This document shows, one piece after another, positions 31,090 through 40,889 of a DNA stretch of 64,000 bases. Positions within the stretch are counted from its first letter, which is position 1; the number at the start of each line of letters is the position of its first letter. The notes under the pieces were generated by a model. It had not been told where the DNA came from, searched no databases, and saw nothing but the letters and a program-made list of their open reading frames with translations. Made by a program: the position numbers and the translations under genes. Origin of the DNA: Fidelibacterota bacterium (GTDB taxonomy: Bacteria > Fidelibacterota > Marinisomatia > Marinisomatales > TCS55); the NCBI GenBank assembly GCA_046861385.1, contig JBHHTW010000006.1:29801-93800 (forward strand). Reading direction: 5' to 3'.

Positions 31090-31905
31090 TTAATTCTCTA
31101 CTTGTCTCTCTGTTCTGGGTACAAATGTCATTAGTTTTTCCTTAATCAGAATTGGATGGTCTTTTTTATGGATGCTGATAATTCCTTCCATAACAATGTT
31201 TTTGAGCATCATTTCATTTTCTGATTTTCGTTTGAGTTTTCCGCCAATGGGTAAAAACACAAGATTGGCAAGCAATACACCGTAGAATGTGGTGATCAGC
31301 GCCAATCCCATCCCGGCTAACAATTCGGCGAATTTTTGAGCCACATCAAAGGACATGGCATCAATTGCCTGGCCGCTGCCTGCACCGGAAAAATTGTTCA
31401 TCATAATTATTAACCCAATAATCGTCCCTAGCATACCAAATGCCGGAGCATAGGCACCCATATAAAAGAAAATCTCTTGTCCCATTGCATGCCGTCTTTC
31501 AACATTATTCAATTCCAGACGTAAATAAGTACGTAATAATCCGGAATCGCGTTCGTTAATAGCTAATTCTATACCGTTTCGTAAAAATGAATCTTCAATA
31601 TTTGACAGATCCGTTTCTAATGATATAATTCCATCTTTACGGGCTTTTTCAGCTTTTTCTACAATTTGATTGATCATGCTCTGGTAGTCATATTCTTCTC
31701 CTGTAAACACATTTTTTACAACATGGAAAATATTCAGGACATGTTTTAAAGGATAATTCACGAGCGTGGCAGCAAATGTACCGCCGAACACAATCAGGAT
31801 TGAGTTAAGATTATAGAACCAATAAAGGTCGCCTCCGTTTCGGATAACGCCTATGGATATGATTGCGATTCCTGCAAATAATCCTAATGCTGTTCCTAAA
31901 TCCAT
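31090..31905 (-). CDS. motA: MotA/PomA-family stator protein
   Basis: MDLGT, IVFGGT, ARKDGIISLE, APAFGMLGTIIGLI, ALITTFYG. Confidence 0.92.
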   Translation of the reverse strand: MDLGTALGLFAGIAIISIGVIRNGGDLYWFYNLNSILIVFGGTFAATLVNYPLKHVLNIFHVVKNVFTGEEYDYQSMINQIVEKAEKARKDGIISLETDLSNIEDSFLRNGIELAINERDSGLLRTYLRLELNNVERRHAMGQEIFFYMGAYAPAFGMLGTIIGLIIMMNNFSGAGSGQAIDAMSFDVAQKFAELLAGMGLALITTFYGVLLANLVFLPIGGKLKRKSENEMMLKNIVMEGIISIHKKDHPILIKEKLMTFVPRTERQVEN

Positions 31906-32094
31906 ACGAACTCCTTAATTAAATGAGCAATGCTAATTAGTTAATGGAAATTTATTTACTCCTCTGGTGTGCAAAGTTAATACATATATTTTTTGATCGG
32001 TAATGGTTGAAATAAACAAAGATTGTTCATATACTTTTTATCATATTGAGGCTGTTTCTTTTACATTTCACTGGTTGGTTTATGAAATAATTCT

Positions 32095-34158
32095 ATGCAT
32101 TTCATTTGTTACATATGTTTTTTCTTTCTGTATTTATTTGTGTACAGTTCTACTCTTTTACCTCAAACAACCCTTTCAGCCGGTGATTTAATGATGGTCA
32201 CAGTAAACGCCGATGGGAATGATAACTTCGATTTTGTTCCGTTGATCGATTTAGAAGCCAATACTGTTATCTATTTTGCTGATAATGCCTGGAATAGTTC
32301 CGCCGTATTGAAAACAAATGAAGGAACTTTAAAATATACATCCTCGTCAGCCGTATCTGCCGGTTCTATTGTTTCTTATCCCGGATCAATTGGGGGAAAT
32401 TGGAGTACGGAAGACGCCGGTTTTAATATAGCCGGTACTGGTGATAATATATTAGTGTTTCAGGGTAGTTCCTCTTCTCCTACATTCATTTATGGCATTG
32501 GTTGGGCAATATCTTCTCCTTGGATTTCATCTGGTATAGTATCAACTCATGATTCATATATTCCTACAGAAATAAGCACATCAGACAATACTGTTGTACA
32601 ATTAACTTCCGCCGATAATAACCAATACATCACCTCCAATGGTACGACCGGCCCCAAATCCACCCTGAGGTACCTGACCTCTCAAACGGGGAATTACAAT
32701 AGCAATAGTAGTACAGCATACACCGCCTTATCCGGTTCTTTTACTATTGGGCAGGCAATTAATGGCAGTTCCGGGTTTAGAATACTATCCAGTCCGGTAT
32801 CCGGAACAATCTACAGTAATCTCCTGGAGCCATTGTGGACGCAAGGATTGGCGGGAGGAGACGTGACAACGGGTACGGCCAACGTTTGGTTGTATAATGC
32901 ATCCGGGGCATCATGGTCACCTTTGACCAACCTAGCAACAGATTCATACACTGCCGGTTCCGGTGTTTTGGTTTACGTATTCAGCGACGTCGATAACGAT
33001 GGGGTTGATGATTTGCCTGTTTACATTTCCGTTCCCGGATCGGAGAATAGCCCAACGGTTTCTGTTTCAACGCCGGCAAGCGCTTGGAATCTACTTGGAA
33101 ATCCATATGAAGCAACCATCGATGCGGATCAGTTATTTTCTGATAATACTAATTATACATCTGTTGTTTACGTTTGGGACGATGCCAATAGCGGCGGTGC
33201 GGACTATCTAACGTGGAATGGAAGTGCCGGAGATCTTTCAAACGGACTCATTGCGCCCTATCAGGGCTTCTGGATACAATCCGGGGCTGGCGGTACAAAT
33301 TTTGATTTCACATCAAGCTGTAAATCTTCCTCCGCCGGTACATTTTATAAAACGATCAATGACACCATTGCCGGCATGAGTTTTTCGATTGCTTCCGGAG
33401 ATTATAGGGATAAGGTTTTTGTGTCGTTTATGAATGATGGTAAATATGGAATAGACAATGCAGATGCATATAAACTTTTGCCAATATCGCCAACCGATAG
33501 GGTGGCCGCCCTCAGTTATTTTGAAGGAATTGGACTGGATATCAATAACCTGCCTTATTATTATGAGGGTTCGATTACCATTCCATTGGACATAATGTAT
33601 CTCACATTAGACGGGAATCAGAATTTTATTACAGAAGCCCATCCTATCACGGTGGGCTGGAATTTAAACAATCTGCCGAATCACATCTCCCTTATGCTGG
33701 TCAATAATAAAACGGGCGATTCGGTTGATTTGATGAATCAGAATGAGATATCCTTAAAAACATTAGGAAAGGGCAGTTTCCCGGCATTTGGATCCCAAGG
33801 TGTAAATATTTATCCCCAAATAGGGGAGAGTCTTTTTACCCTGAAAGTGATATATAATAATCTATCATCCAATAATGAGCAGCCAATTCTGCCGAAAAAA
33901 TTTGCGTTGTTTCCTCCGTATCCAAACCCGTTTAATTCTCAAACAACAATTTCATTTGATTTGGTTACAAGCGAAACGGTTCACCTACAAGTTTATGATA
34001 TTCATGGTCAATGGGTAGATACATTGATCAATGGACCTCTCCCTTCCGGCTATCACAGCGTGCAATGGAAGACAAATTGCCTTTCTTCCGGAATTTATCT
34101 GGTACAACTAAAAGCAGGTAATATGATATTTCACCAAAAAATAACTTTTATTAAATAA
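32095..34158 (+). CDS. Secreted Ser/Thr/Gly-rich protein with T9SS type A-like C-terminal sorting domain
   Basis: Signal peptide; WNLLGNPY; C-terminal YPNPFN...SSGIYLVQL...KITFIK. Confidence 0.85.
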   Translation: MHFICYICFFFLYLFVYSSTLLPQTTLSAGDLMMVTVNADGNDNFDFVPLIDLEANTVIYFADNAWNSSAVLKTNEGTLKYTSSSAVSAGSIVSYPGSIGGNWSTEDAGFNIAGTGDNILVFQGSSSSPTFIYGIGWAISSPWISSGIVSTHDSYIPTEISTSDNTVVQLTSADNNQYITSNGTTGPKSTLRYLTSQTGNYNSNSSTAYTALSGSFTIGQAINGSSGFRILSSPVSGTIYSNLLEPLWTQGLAGGDVTTGTANVWLYNASGASWSPLTNLATDSYTAGSGVLVYVFSDVDNDGVDDLPVYISVPGSENSPTVSVSTPASAWNLLGNPYEATIDADQLFSDNTNYTSVVYVWDDANSGGADYLTWNGSAGDLSNGLIAPYQGFWIQSGAGGTNFDFTSSCKSSSAGTFYKTINDTIAGMSFSIASGDYRDKVFVSFMNDGKYGIDNADAYKLLPISPTDRVAALSYFEGIGLDINNLPYYYEGSITIPLDIMYLTLDGNQNFITEAHPITVGWNLNNLPNHISLMLVNNKTGDSVDLMNQNEISLKTLGKGSFPAFGSQGVNIYPQIGESLFTLKVIYNNLSSNNEQPILPKKFALFPPYPNPFNSQTTISFDLVTSETVHLQVYDIHGQWVDTLINGPLPSGYHSVQWKTNCLSSGIYLVQLKAGNMIFHQKITFIK

Positions 34159-34188
34159 TGGACTATTAAATACAAAGGAGCGTGAATT

Positions 34189-34371
34189 ATGAAAAATAAT
34201 TATAAACAAATAATCGTCTTCGTATTTCTAATCATTTCTATACTAACTGCTCAACCGGCTTTTCCCAATTCTCCGAACCAAGCGCCAATTGGAGGTCTTG
34301 GTCTTCTCGCGGCAATCGGCGGTGCCATGGCTTTGAAAAAATTGCTGGACAGGAAAAAGAATCAAGATTAG
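34189..34371 (+). CDS. Minimal PID-CTERM-like sorting-signal peptide
   Basis: SD AAGGAG; signal peptide + Pro-rich QPAFPNSPNQ + APIGG + TM + KKLLDRKK. Confidence 0.75.
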   Translation: MKNNYKQIIVFVFLIISILTAQPAFPNSPNQAPIGGLGLLAAIGGAMALKKLLDRKKNQD

Positions 34372-34453
34372 GAACCTGATTAGGATAAGCTACTATCGAA
34401 TGATCTGTTTGAGTTGAAAAATGATACAGCCCTTCGGAAGGCTTTGGAAATAA

Positions 34454-35002
34454 ATGTACAAGCATTCCCTATTCTTGAAAAATAAAATATCACCTTTTAC
34501 TATTTTCCTTTTGAAAGCTGCCGGTGTATATGCTGCCTGGCAATTATTATATGATTTGGTTGTTTTACCTGATGGCAGACTGGATGCCTGGTTGAGCGTG
34601 TCGGGTGTGAAAATGGCCGCCGGAGGCTTATCCTTTTTAGGCTGGGAAATTGAATCGGCAGGCCGCTTCATCGGTATAATCGGGAATAGAGGCGTTGAGA
34701 TCCAAAACGGTTGTAACGGGATAGATTTACTAGGGCTTTATGGCGGTTTCATTATTGCGTATCCCGGCGATTTGAAAAAACGAATCTTATTTTTGACCGG
34801 CGGAATTGGATTATTATTTATAGCGAATGTATTTCGTATTGCATTTTTTACCATTTCCAATTTGTATTTCCCGGATTATTGGGAACCTGTACATATTTAC
34901 AGTTCTTATGTCTTTTTCTATCCAATTGTATTAATACTATGGTTTTTATGGATGACAATAAACGAACAAACAGATATTTTTTCTGGCGAAGGGTCCTTTT
35001 AA
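34454..35002 (+). CDS. Exosortase/archaeosortase-family protein (XrtF/XrtX-like)
   Basis: Catalytic triad-like NGCNG, ANVFRI, PVH; about 4 TMs. Confidence 0.85.
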   Translation: MYKHSLFLKNKISPFTIFLLKAAGVYAAWQLLYDLVVLPDGRLDAWLSVSGVKMAAGGLSFLGWEIESAGRFIGIIGNRGVEIQNGCNGIDLLGLYGGFIIAYPGDLKKRILFLTGGIGLLFIANVFRIAFFTISNLYFPDYWEPVHIYSSYVFFYPIVLILWFLWMTINEQTDIFSGEGSF

Positions 35003-35448
35003 ACCTGACCGTTATTGGGCTGGTTTACATTTTATGGTTCCGCCCGGCGCAATCCTATGCCGTCAGAAAAATTATTCTTCCCTCTTTTGATTGGTTAAAT
35101 AAGCAGGGTGGTGATATTTATTCTGAATTGGGAATAGACGAGTTTTTTCTTTCATCTGGTTCAAATGCCTTTCCAAGAGTTAAAATAGAAATTCCTTTTA
35201 ATGGCTATTTCTGGTTGGCCATGGCATTGATCTGGTCTGCAAAAAACAGGCGGTTTGGCCGGGTCATTTGGCTCTACAACTGGGCGCTATTTTTGATCAT
35301 CCCTTTTGTTGCATTAGGTATTTTGGGTGGTTTTACATGGCTGGCTCCGTTGGCAAATGTACACGAAAAAATATACAAGGCTTTATTTTTGATACTGGGA
35401 ATTCTTTCTGTTAAAGAAGCAGATACAGTGTTAAAAAATAATAATTGA
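34948..35448 (+). CDS. Membrane protein associated with exosortase
   Basis: About 4 TMs, overlaps exosortase 3' end; ATG 34948 preferred over track start 34879. Confidence 0.6.
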   Translation: MDDNKRTNRYFFWRRVLLNLTVIGLVYILWFRPAQSYAVRKIILPSFDWLNKQGGDIYSELGIDEFFLSSGSNAFPRVKIEIPFNGYFWLAMALIWSAKNRRFGRVIWLYNWALFLIIPFVALGILGGFTWLAPLANVHEKIYKALFLILGILSVKEADTVLKNNN

Positions 35449-35510
35449 GCGCTGCAGACCTATTATCGAAACACAGATTTGTTTGATTCAATTAATGAAA
35501 AAGTTCAGAT

Positions 35511-36335
35511 TTAATCTTTTTCCCTTCCCCGGGAAAAATCTTTACTGGATCGATACAAAAAATCTTTTTCTTCTTCAGTTAAATTTTCAAAACCGACTTT
35601 ATTAATTTTATCCAACAAATGATCAACCTTGTGCTGCATTTTCATTTTTTGCTGGCTTTTGCGTGTTTTTCGGGAAATTCTAAATTCTTCATACTGTTTA
35701 TAAACTGAAAACTTCAAATCATTCCAGTGCCTATAATACCGGAGATATACAAATCCGATCGCCATTCCCGAAAGGTGGGTTATGTGGCTGATATTAGAAT
35801 AGCTGTTAAAGGATGAAATAAATGCGATGACCCCCAGAAAAATCACAAACCATTTTACTTTGACGGGAAACAGAAAATAGAGGTAAACAGTCCGGTTTGG
35901 AAACATCATTCCATAAGCCAGTAAAATACCGTAAACAGCCCCGCTGGCGCCAATCAGGATTGAATAGGGCTGAGTTAGATTAAACAGGAGCCATATTAAA
36001 CCTGAACCAATGCCCGTTAAAAAATAATATTTCAGAAATTCCTTTTTCCCCCAAATGGATTCCATCTCTGAGCCGAACATCCACAATACAAACATATTGA
36101 TTAATACATGAAAAACTCCGCCGTGCATAAACATATAGGTCACCGGCTGCCAGATCATGGGCCACACTGTTTTGGGCGAAAGACCGAATAATCTCGCCAG
36201 ATCAACTTGGCTCGAAGAAATCACCTTGAGAAAAAACATTCCCACATTGATCCAAATCAGAATCTTTATTGCTTCGGTGAACAGTTTTGGCTTAAAGGAA
36301 AGATTCCCGTGTTCAGATTGAAATTGGTATCTCAT
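35511..36335 (-). CDS. Rhomboid intramembrane serine protease
   Basis: WQPVTYMFMHG, GASG, HLSG; C-terminal VDHLLDKI...L. Confidence 0.93.
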   Translation of the reverse strand: MRYQFQSEHGNLSFKPKLFTEAIKILIWINVGMFFLKVISSSQVDLARLFGLSPKTVWPMIWQPVTYMFMHGGVFHVLINMFVLWMFGSEMESIWGKKEFLKYYFLTGIGSGLIWLLFNLTQPYSILIGASGAVYGILLAYGMMFPNRTVYLYFLFPVKVKWFVIFLGVIAFISSFNSYSNISHITHLSGMAIGFVYLRYYRHWNDLKFSVYKQYEEFRISRKTRKSQQKMKMQHKVDHLLDKINKVGFENLTEEEKDFLYRSSKDFSRGREKD

Positions 36336-37204
36336 ACTAAACCTAGTTTTTTTAATTCATTGTATCGTTTTCTGTTTTTCCAATTCAGAATGGGTGTCAT
36401 GGTCGATTCAGGCGATTCGGGCACTTTTAACTGCGGCATGGTATAAAGTTCCATTTTGACATTCATTTTACTTTTTTGATTGTTTATATTATAAATCAAA
36501 TTAACAAACAAATCTCTTGGTAATATTCCTTTTAAATTTTTAAAACCATATTTTATTAGACCATCCCGTATTATTGTAGAGCAGCTGCGATCTAAAAAAT
36601 TGAATTCTGCATATTTTTCTGGTTTTTTCGGATTCACCGGAGCATGATGGATTGCGTCCAACTCTTCGTTATAAATCGTGCTCAATTTATCGGTGTCCAT
36701 TCCTTTGATCCGCAATACATGGATAGTCCGCATAAAATTACGTCCGAATTTATCATAGTAAGCTTTTCCATCTTCCAGAATTTCAAATTTTCCATTATTG
36801 GGTGACGGGGCAAATTCACCTAAGGCCGGACGGTAAAAATATTCCTCTTGTGTCATTATTTCATTTTCATTGATCATATGAGAAAAATTGTAAATATCAT
36901 TATTGATGCTAATGGCGTTATGCCCGAAAAATGATATGAGATATTTAACCAATCGTTCATTATAATAAAATTCGACAATGGGTTCTGATATCCTTTGAAT
37001 ATCCGGCCACATAATAATAATGGGCTTTTTAGTTTCATAATCCGTTTGAGGAAGCATTCTTGCGGAAACCTCTTTATTAAGCCAATGGGTTAAATAACCA
37101 TCCCAGATTAGATGATTTTCAAAATGTTTTTCTCCATCCCGCCCAAGGATGAATGATTTTCCGTCTTTTTCAGAAAGGACGCCTTTAATAATTGTATTGC
37201 CCAT
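36332..37204 (-). CDS. Hypothetical protein, possible permuted papain-like (His...Cys) hydrolase
   Basis: FFGHNAISIN...YNF and FNFLDRSCST. Confidence 0.5.
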   Translation of the reverse strand: MGNTIIKGVLSEKDGKSFILGRDGEKHFENHLIWDGYLTHWLNKEVSARMLPQTDYETKKPIIIMWPDIQRISEPIVEFYYNERLVKYLISFFGHNAISINNDIYNFSHMINENEIMTQEEYFYRPALGEFAPSPNNGKFEILEDGKAYYDKFGRNFMRTIHVLRIKGMDTDKLSTIYNEELDAIHHAPVNPKKPEKYAEFNFLDRSCSTIIRDGLIKYGFKNLKGILPRDLFVNLIYNINNQKSKMNVKMELYTMPQLKVPESPESTMTPILNWKNRKRYNELKKLGLV

Positions 37205-37205
37205 T

Positions 37206-37910
37206 TTATGACAATAACTGCTTCAGTACTTTTAAAGATTTAAGATTCCGGCACGTTTCAAAATGATATTCTATGTTTGATAAAATATAACTGCCGACAA
37301 CCTGCCTGTCTTTGGCTGTTATTTTCTGTGAAGCTAAATCAGACTTGAATGTGCTGTAACGAATATTTGTCTGAAGTAAAAATTCCAAAATCTGTCTACT
37401 ATTTGGACCGGCGTTTGGATCCGGCAGAACCATTCCCGGGAATTCTCTTTCCGGTAAATGCGGCTCAAATCCCAGCAAGCTCAATAATTTTAATTCATAG
37501 TACCAGAAACATAAATTAAAATGCTCCTCCTCTTCATGAAAAAAAGAAAGTGTTGCAGCGAGTTCCTCAAAAAGAGTTTCATGGGGATCGTGATCTGTAA
37601 TGGTTTTATTTGTTAATTCAATAGCAGAAAGCGCATATGTCAGCTTTTTCAGATCATCCTGAAAATGGATCCAATTTTTCATAAAACTCACTTTTGACAA
37701 TGTGTGCAAATCGCGGTTTTCTTTATAATAAAAAAGAATTTCCAAATAATTCGCAGGCTGAAAATAGGATCCCAATGGTTCTTTTTTCCGATGAGCGCCT
37801 CTGACCATGATGCTCGTTTTCCCATATTCCTTCGTAAAACAATGGGCAATAACGCTGCTGTTAGAATATGGAAAGCGTTTGAGAACAATGGCTGGTGTTC
37901 CAACGATCAT
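37206..37910 (-). CDS. recO: DNA repair protein RecO
   Basis: AIVLKRFPYSNSS, FTKEYGK, ELKLLSLLGFEP, LKSL. Confidence 0.9.
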   Translation of the reverse strand: MIVGTPAIVLKRFPYSNSSVIAHCFTKEYGKTSIMVRGAHRKKEPLGSYFQPANYLEILFYYKENRDLHTLSKVSFMKNWIHFQDDLKKLTYALSAIELTNKTITDHDPHETLFEELAATLSFFHEEEEHFNLCFWYYELKLLSLLGFEPHLPEREFPGMVLPDPNAGPNSRQILEFLLQTNIRYSTFKSDLASQKITAKDRQVVGSYILSNIEYHFETCRNLKSLKVLKQLLS

Positions 37911-37925
37911 GGTGATCGCTGCTGA

Positions 37926-39392
37926 TCAATACGCTTTTGCGTAAATCACCTCATGTTGTGCCGGTTTACCTGAATAAATACAATTTAAATTACTATGATC
38001 TTCATCAAAAGGAATACAGCGTATGGTCGCTTTTGTTTCTTCCTTAACTGCCGCCTCTGTCTCCGGATTTCCATCCCATCCGCATCGGATAAATCCGCCA
38101 TTTTTAATAACCGATTTGAATTCATCATAATTGGAAACCGTAAATGTATTGTCATCCCGAAATGTTTTTGCCTGTTTAAACAATTCCGATTGAATGTCCT
38201 CCAATAATTTTGGAATACTGCTCATTAAATCATTTTTATTCAAAAATATCTTTTCTCTTGTATCACGCCTCACCAAAACCACTTGGTTCTTTTCAACATC
38301 TCTGGGCCCTACTTCCATTCTTAAAGGCGCACCCTTCATTTCCCACTCATTAAATTTGAATCCAGCAGAATTATCCGTCCAGTCTTCGTGAATTCTGATA
38401 CCGTTCTCTTTGAGACCAAAGACAAAAGGTTCGATAAAATCCTTGATTGATTTTTCATGATCTTCATTCCGGGCAATGGGTACAATGACCACTTGATAGG
38501 GTGCAATCCGAGGAGGAAGCCGCAATCCTTTGTCATCTCCATGAGCCATAATAACCGCACCCACCAGCCGAGTGCTGATACCCCAGCTTGTGGCATAAAC
38601 GTAGTCTTCTCGATTATCTTGAGTCTGGAACTTCACACCAAATGCTTTGGCAAAATTCTGTCCGAGATTGTGCGACGTCCCGGCTTGGAGGGCTCGTTTA
38701 TCTCCCATCATTGCTTCAATACAATAGGTCGCTTCTGCGCCTGCAAATTTCTCTGCATCGGTTTTCAGCCCTGTGATTACAGGCATGGCCAGGAAATCTT
38801 CCGCTAACTGTCGATAAAGTTCTAAAATGGTCAATGTCTCTTTTTGAGCTTCCTCTGCTGTGGCATGGGCAGTGTGCCCCTCCTGCCAAAGGAATTCGGT
38901 TGTCCGGATAAACAATCGTGTGCGCATCTCCCAGCGAACAACATTGGCCCATTGATTGATCAGCAGCGGCAAATCCCGATAGGACTGGATCCATTTTTTA
39001 TACATTGACCAGATCACTGTTTCGGACGTGGGTCGCACGATCACTTCTTCTTCCAGTTTGGATTCCGGGTCCACAATGAGCCCTTTTTCATTGTCTGCTT
39101 TCAATCGAGTGTGAGTCACTACAGCGCATTCTTTTGCAAATCCCTCTACGTGCTCCGCTTCCCGAGCGAGAAATGATTTTGGTATAAATAAAGGGAAATA
39201 AGCATTCACATGACCCGTTTCTTTAATCATGCGATCAAATGTTTCTTTAATCATATCCCACAATGCAAAACCATAAGGCCGGACGACCATGGTTCCTTTT
39301 ACGGGGCCGTAGTCCGCCATGCCGGCCTTTAACACCACATCGGTGTACCAGGCTGCGTAATTTTGACTTTGTGGGGTTACTCCTTTAGACAT
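37926..39392 (-). CDS. proS: Proline-tRNA ligase (archaeal/eukaryote type)
   Basis: RPTSE, QWANVVRWE, FLWQEGHT, QAGTSH, C-terminal AKAY; start at MSKGV. Confidence 0.97.
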   Translation of the reverse strand: MSKGVTPQSQNYAAWYTDVVLKAGMADYGPVKGTMVVRPYGFALWDMIKETFDRMIKETGHVNAYFPLFIPKSFLAREAEHVEGFAKECAVVTHTRLKADNEKGLIVDPESKLEEEVIVRPTSETVIWSMYKKWIQSYRDLPLLINQWANVVRWEMRTRLFIRTTEFLWQEGHTAHATAEEAQKETLTILELYRQLAEDFLAMPVITGLKTDAEKFAGAEATYCIEAMMGDKRALQAGTSHNLGQNFAKAFGVKFQTQDNREDYVYATSWGISTRLVGAVIMAHGDDKGLRLPPRIAPYQVVIVPIARNEDHEKSIKDFIEPFVFGLKENGIRIHEDWTDNSAGFKFNEWEMKGAPLRMEVGPRDVEKNQVVLVRRDTREKIFLNKNDLMSSIPKLLEDIQSELFKQAKTFRDDNTFTVSNYDEFKSVIKNGGFIRCGWDGNPETEAAVKEETKATIRCIPFDEDHSNLNCIYSGKPAQHEVIYAKAY

Positions 39393-39470
39393 ATTGTTTG
39401 CTCTCATTAAAATTGATGCGGAAATTACCGGGGTTCGCGGGGGCAATCAAACGGTTTGTTCGCAAAAATT

Positions 39471-40223
39471 ATGATAACCAAAGCTGAAATAAAACATATC
39501 CAATCCCTTTTTCGCAGAAAAGGACGTAAAATAAACAGCCAATTCATTATTGAAGGAAAACGCCTTGTAAAGGAAGCATTAAATACCGGTGAATCATTTC
39601 AATCTGTTTTTTATACCAACGATTTTTCACAAGCAAATAAAGAAATGGTTGAAAAAATTTCTTCACACTTAACCGCTTGCCAAATGGTTAACGATAAGGA
39701 AATGGCTTCCATAGCAACAACCGACACACCCTCGGGAATTCTCGCTGTGTGTTCAATTCCGGAATACTCAAATGCCGTCCGTGAAGAGAATTGGATTTAT
39801 CTGGACAATATTTCAGACCCGGGGAACATGGGTACGTTGCTTCGGACTTCCGTTTGGTTCGGCATCCAAAATATTGTTTTATCTAAACAATGCGTTGATA
39901 TCTATAATCCAAAGGTGGTTCGCAGTGGAATGGGGGCACATTTTTATTTAAAGTCTATTTCTAATCGACCACTGGAGAATTTTAAAGAAACTCACACAAT
40001 CATTGGTGCTGACCAAAATGGGAACAGTATTTACGATTTTGAAATAACACTTCCTTGGATTCTCGTTTTAGGCAGCGAAGCGCACGGTCTTTCAAATAAT
40101 ACGCAAGCGCTGCTTGATCATATTATTTCTATTCCAAAAGTTGGTTATGGTGAATCATTAAATGTTGCCGTTGCCGGTGGGATTATTATGGAAAAGCTGG
40201 TGACTGAACGGGATAACTGGTGA
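39471..40223 (+). CDS. TrmH/SpoU-family RNA methyltransferase
   Basis: DPGNMGTLLR, LGSEAHG, ESLNVAVA. Confidence 0.93.
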   Translation: MITKAEIKHIQSLFRRKGRKINSQFIIEGKRLVKEALNTGESFQSVFYTNDFSQANKEMVEKISSHLTACQMVNDKEMASIATTDTPSGILAVCSIPEYSNAVREENWIYLDNISDPGNMGTLLRTSVWFGIQNIVLSKQCVDIYNPKVVRSGMGAHFYLKSISNRPLENFKETHTIIGADQNGNSIYDFEITLPWILVLGSEAHGLSNNTQALLDHIISIPKVGYGESLNVAVAGGIIMEKLVTERDNW

Positions 40224-40349
40224 GCAGTAACTGGTTACTGGTGAAAGAATAAATGGATGGGTTATGAAAAATGGTTGATGGAAGATAGAAAAGAATGCCT
40301 GATGCATGTCGGGATGGTAATTTGTAATTGGGGATTGGTTAACGGTCAC
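40212..40349 (+). repeat. Degenerate heptamer repeat tracts (GGTAACT/GGTGAGY family)
   Basis: GATAACT GGTGAGC AGTAACT GGTTACT GGTGAAA ... GGTAATT TGTAATT GGGGATT GGTTAAC GGTCACT. Confidence 0.6.
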
Positions 40350-40562
40350 TCCAACTTACAATGAGGGGCGGAAAACTTTATTCTGATGAGTGGCGGCGAT
40401 TTCTAATCGCTATTGGAAACCTTACACACCCCTACTAGAATCACTTCCTTTTGAAAATTTGATGTTTGATTTATTACCGTTACAAGATTATTTCGAACTA
40501 CCAATAATAATAAGGATGCAAGTTGATCAAAATGATGATAACCCGTTGTGGGTACACTATAA

Positions 40563-40763
40563 CTGAATTTGGAATCTTATTACAATTTTAGAAGATGTAC
40601 TTATGAATGGAGAATCCAAACCTGTATTACCTAAACCACTTTCCGTAGGTGAACCCATTAACGATAATTTTATCAATAAAGCAAAATAATCAGGACGGGA
40701 ATGATTGTAGTTGACACAAATATCATCAGCTGTCTTATGATAAAACAATATATTTTAATATAA
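40563..40763 (+). pseudogene. Degenerate FitA-like antitoxin 3' end + truncated PIN/VapC toxin
   Basis: ...ITILEDVL...FINKAK*SGRE* overlapping (ATGA) MIVVDTNIISCLMIKQYILI* at 40701-40763. Confidence 0.7.
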
Positions 40764-40833
40764 CAAATATGATATAAAATTGAGTCACTTTCGGAAGGTT
40801 CCTCATCTGAAATAAATTTAGCCTAAAAAAACG

Positions 40834-40864
40834 TTGAAGTATATAACGATTTAGTGTTACACTA
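40834..40864 (+). promoter_or_regulatory. Promoter with overlapping palindromic operator upstream of GntR
   Basis: TTGAAG (40834) and extended -10 TGTTACACT; palindrome TAGTGT-T-ACACTA at 40852-40864. Confidence 0.55.
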
Positions 40865-40889
40865 TAACGTATCACCAATACACTATTTT

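Noticed and set aside
29775-31905. Zorya ZorAB defence system
   Set aside because: The MotA-like protein is 271 aa with no long cytoplasmic tail, keeps flagellar-type motifs, and no ZorC/D/E-like genes are adjacent.
40557-40748. 63-aa minus-strand ORF
   Set aside because: Antisense shadow of the plus-strand TA remnant.
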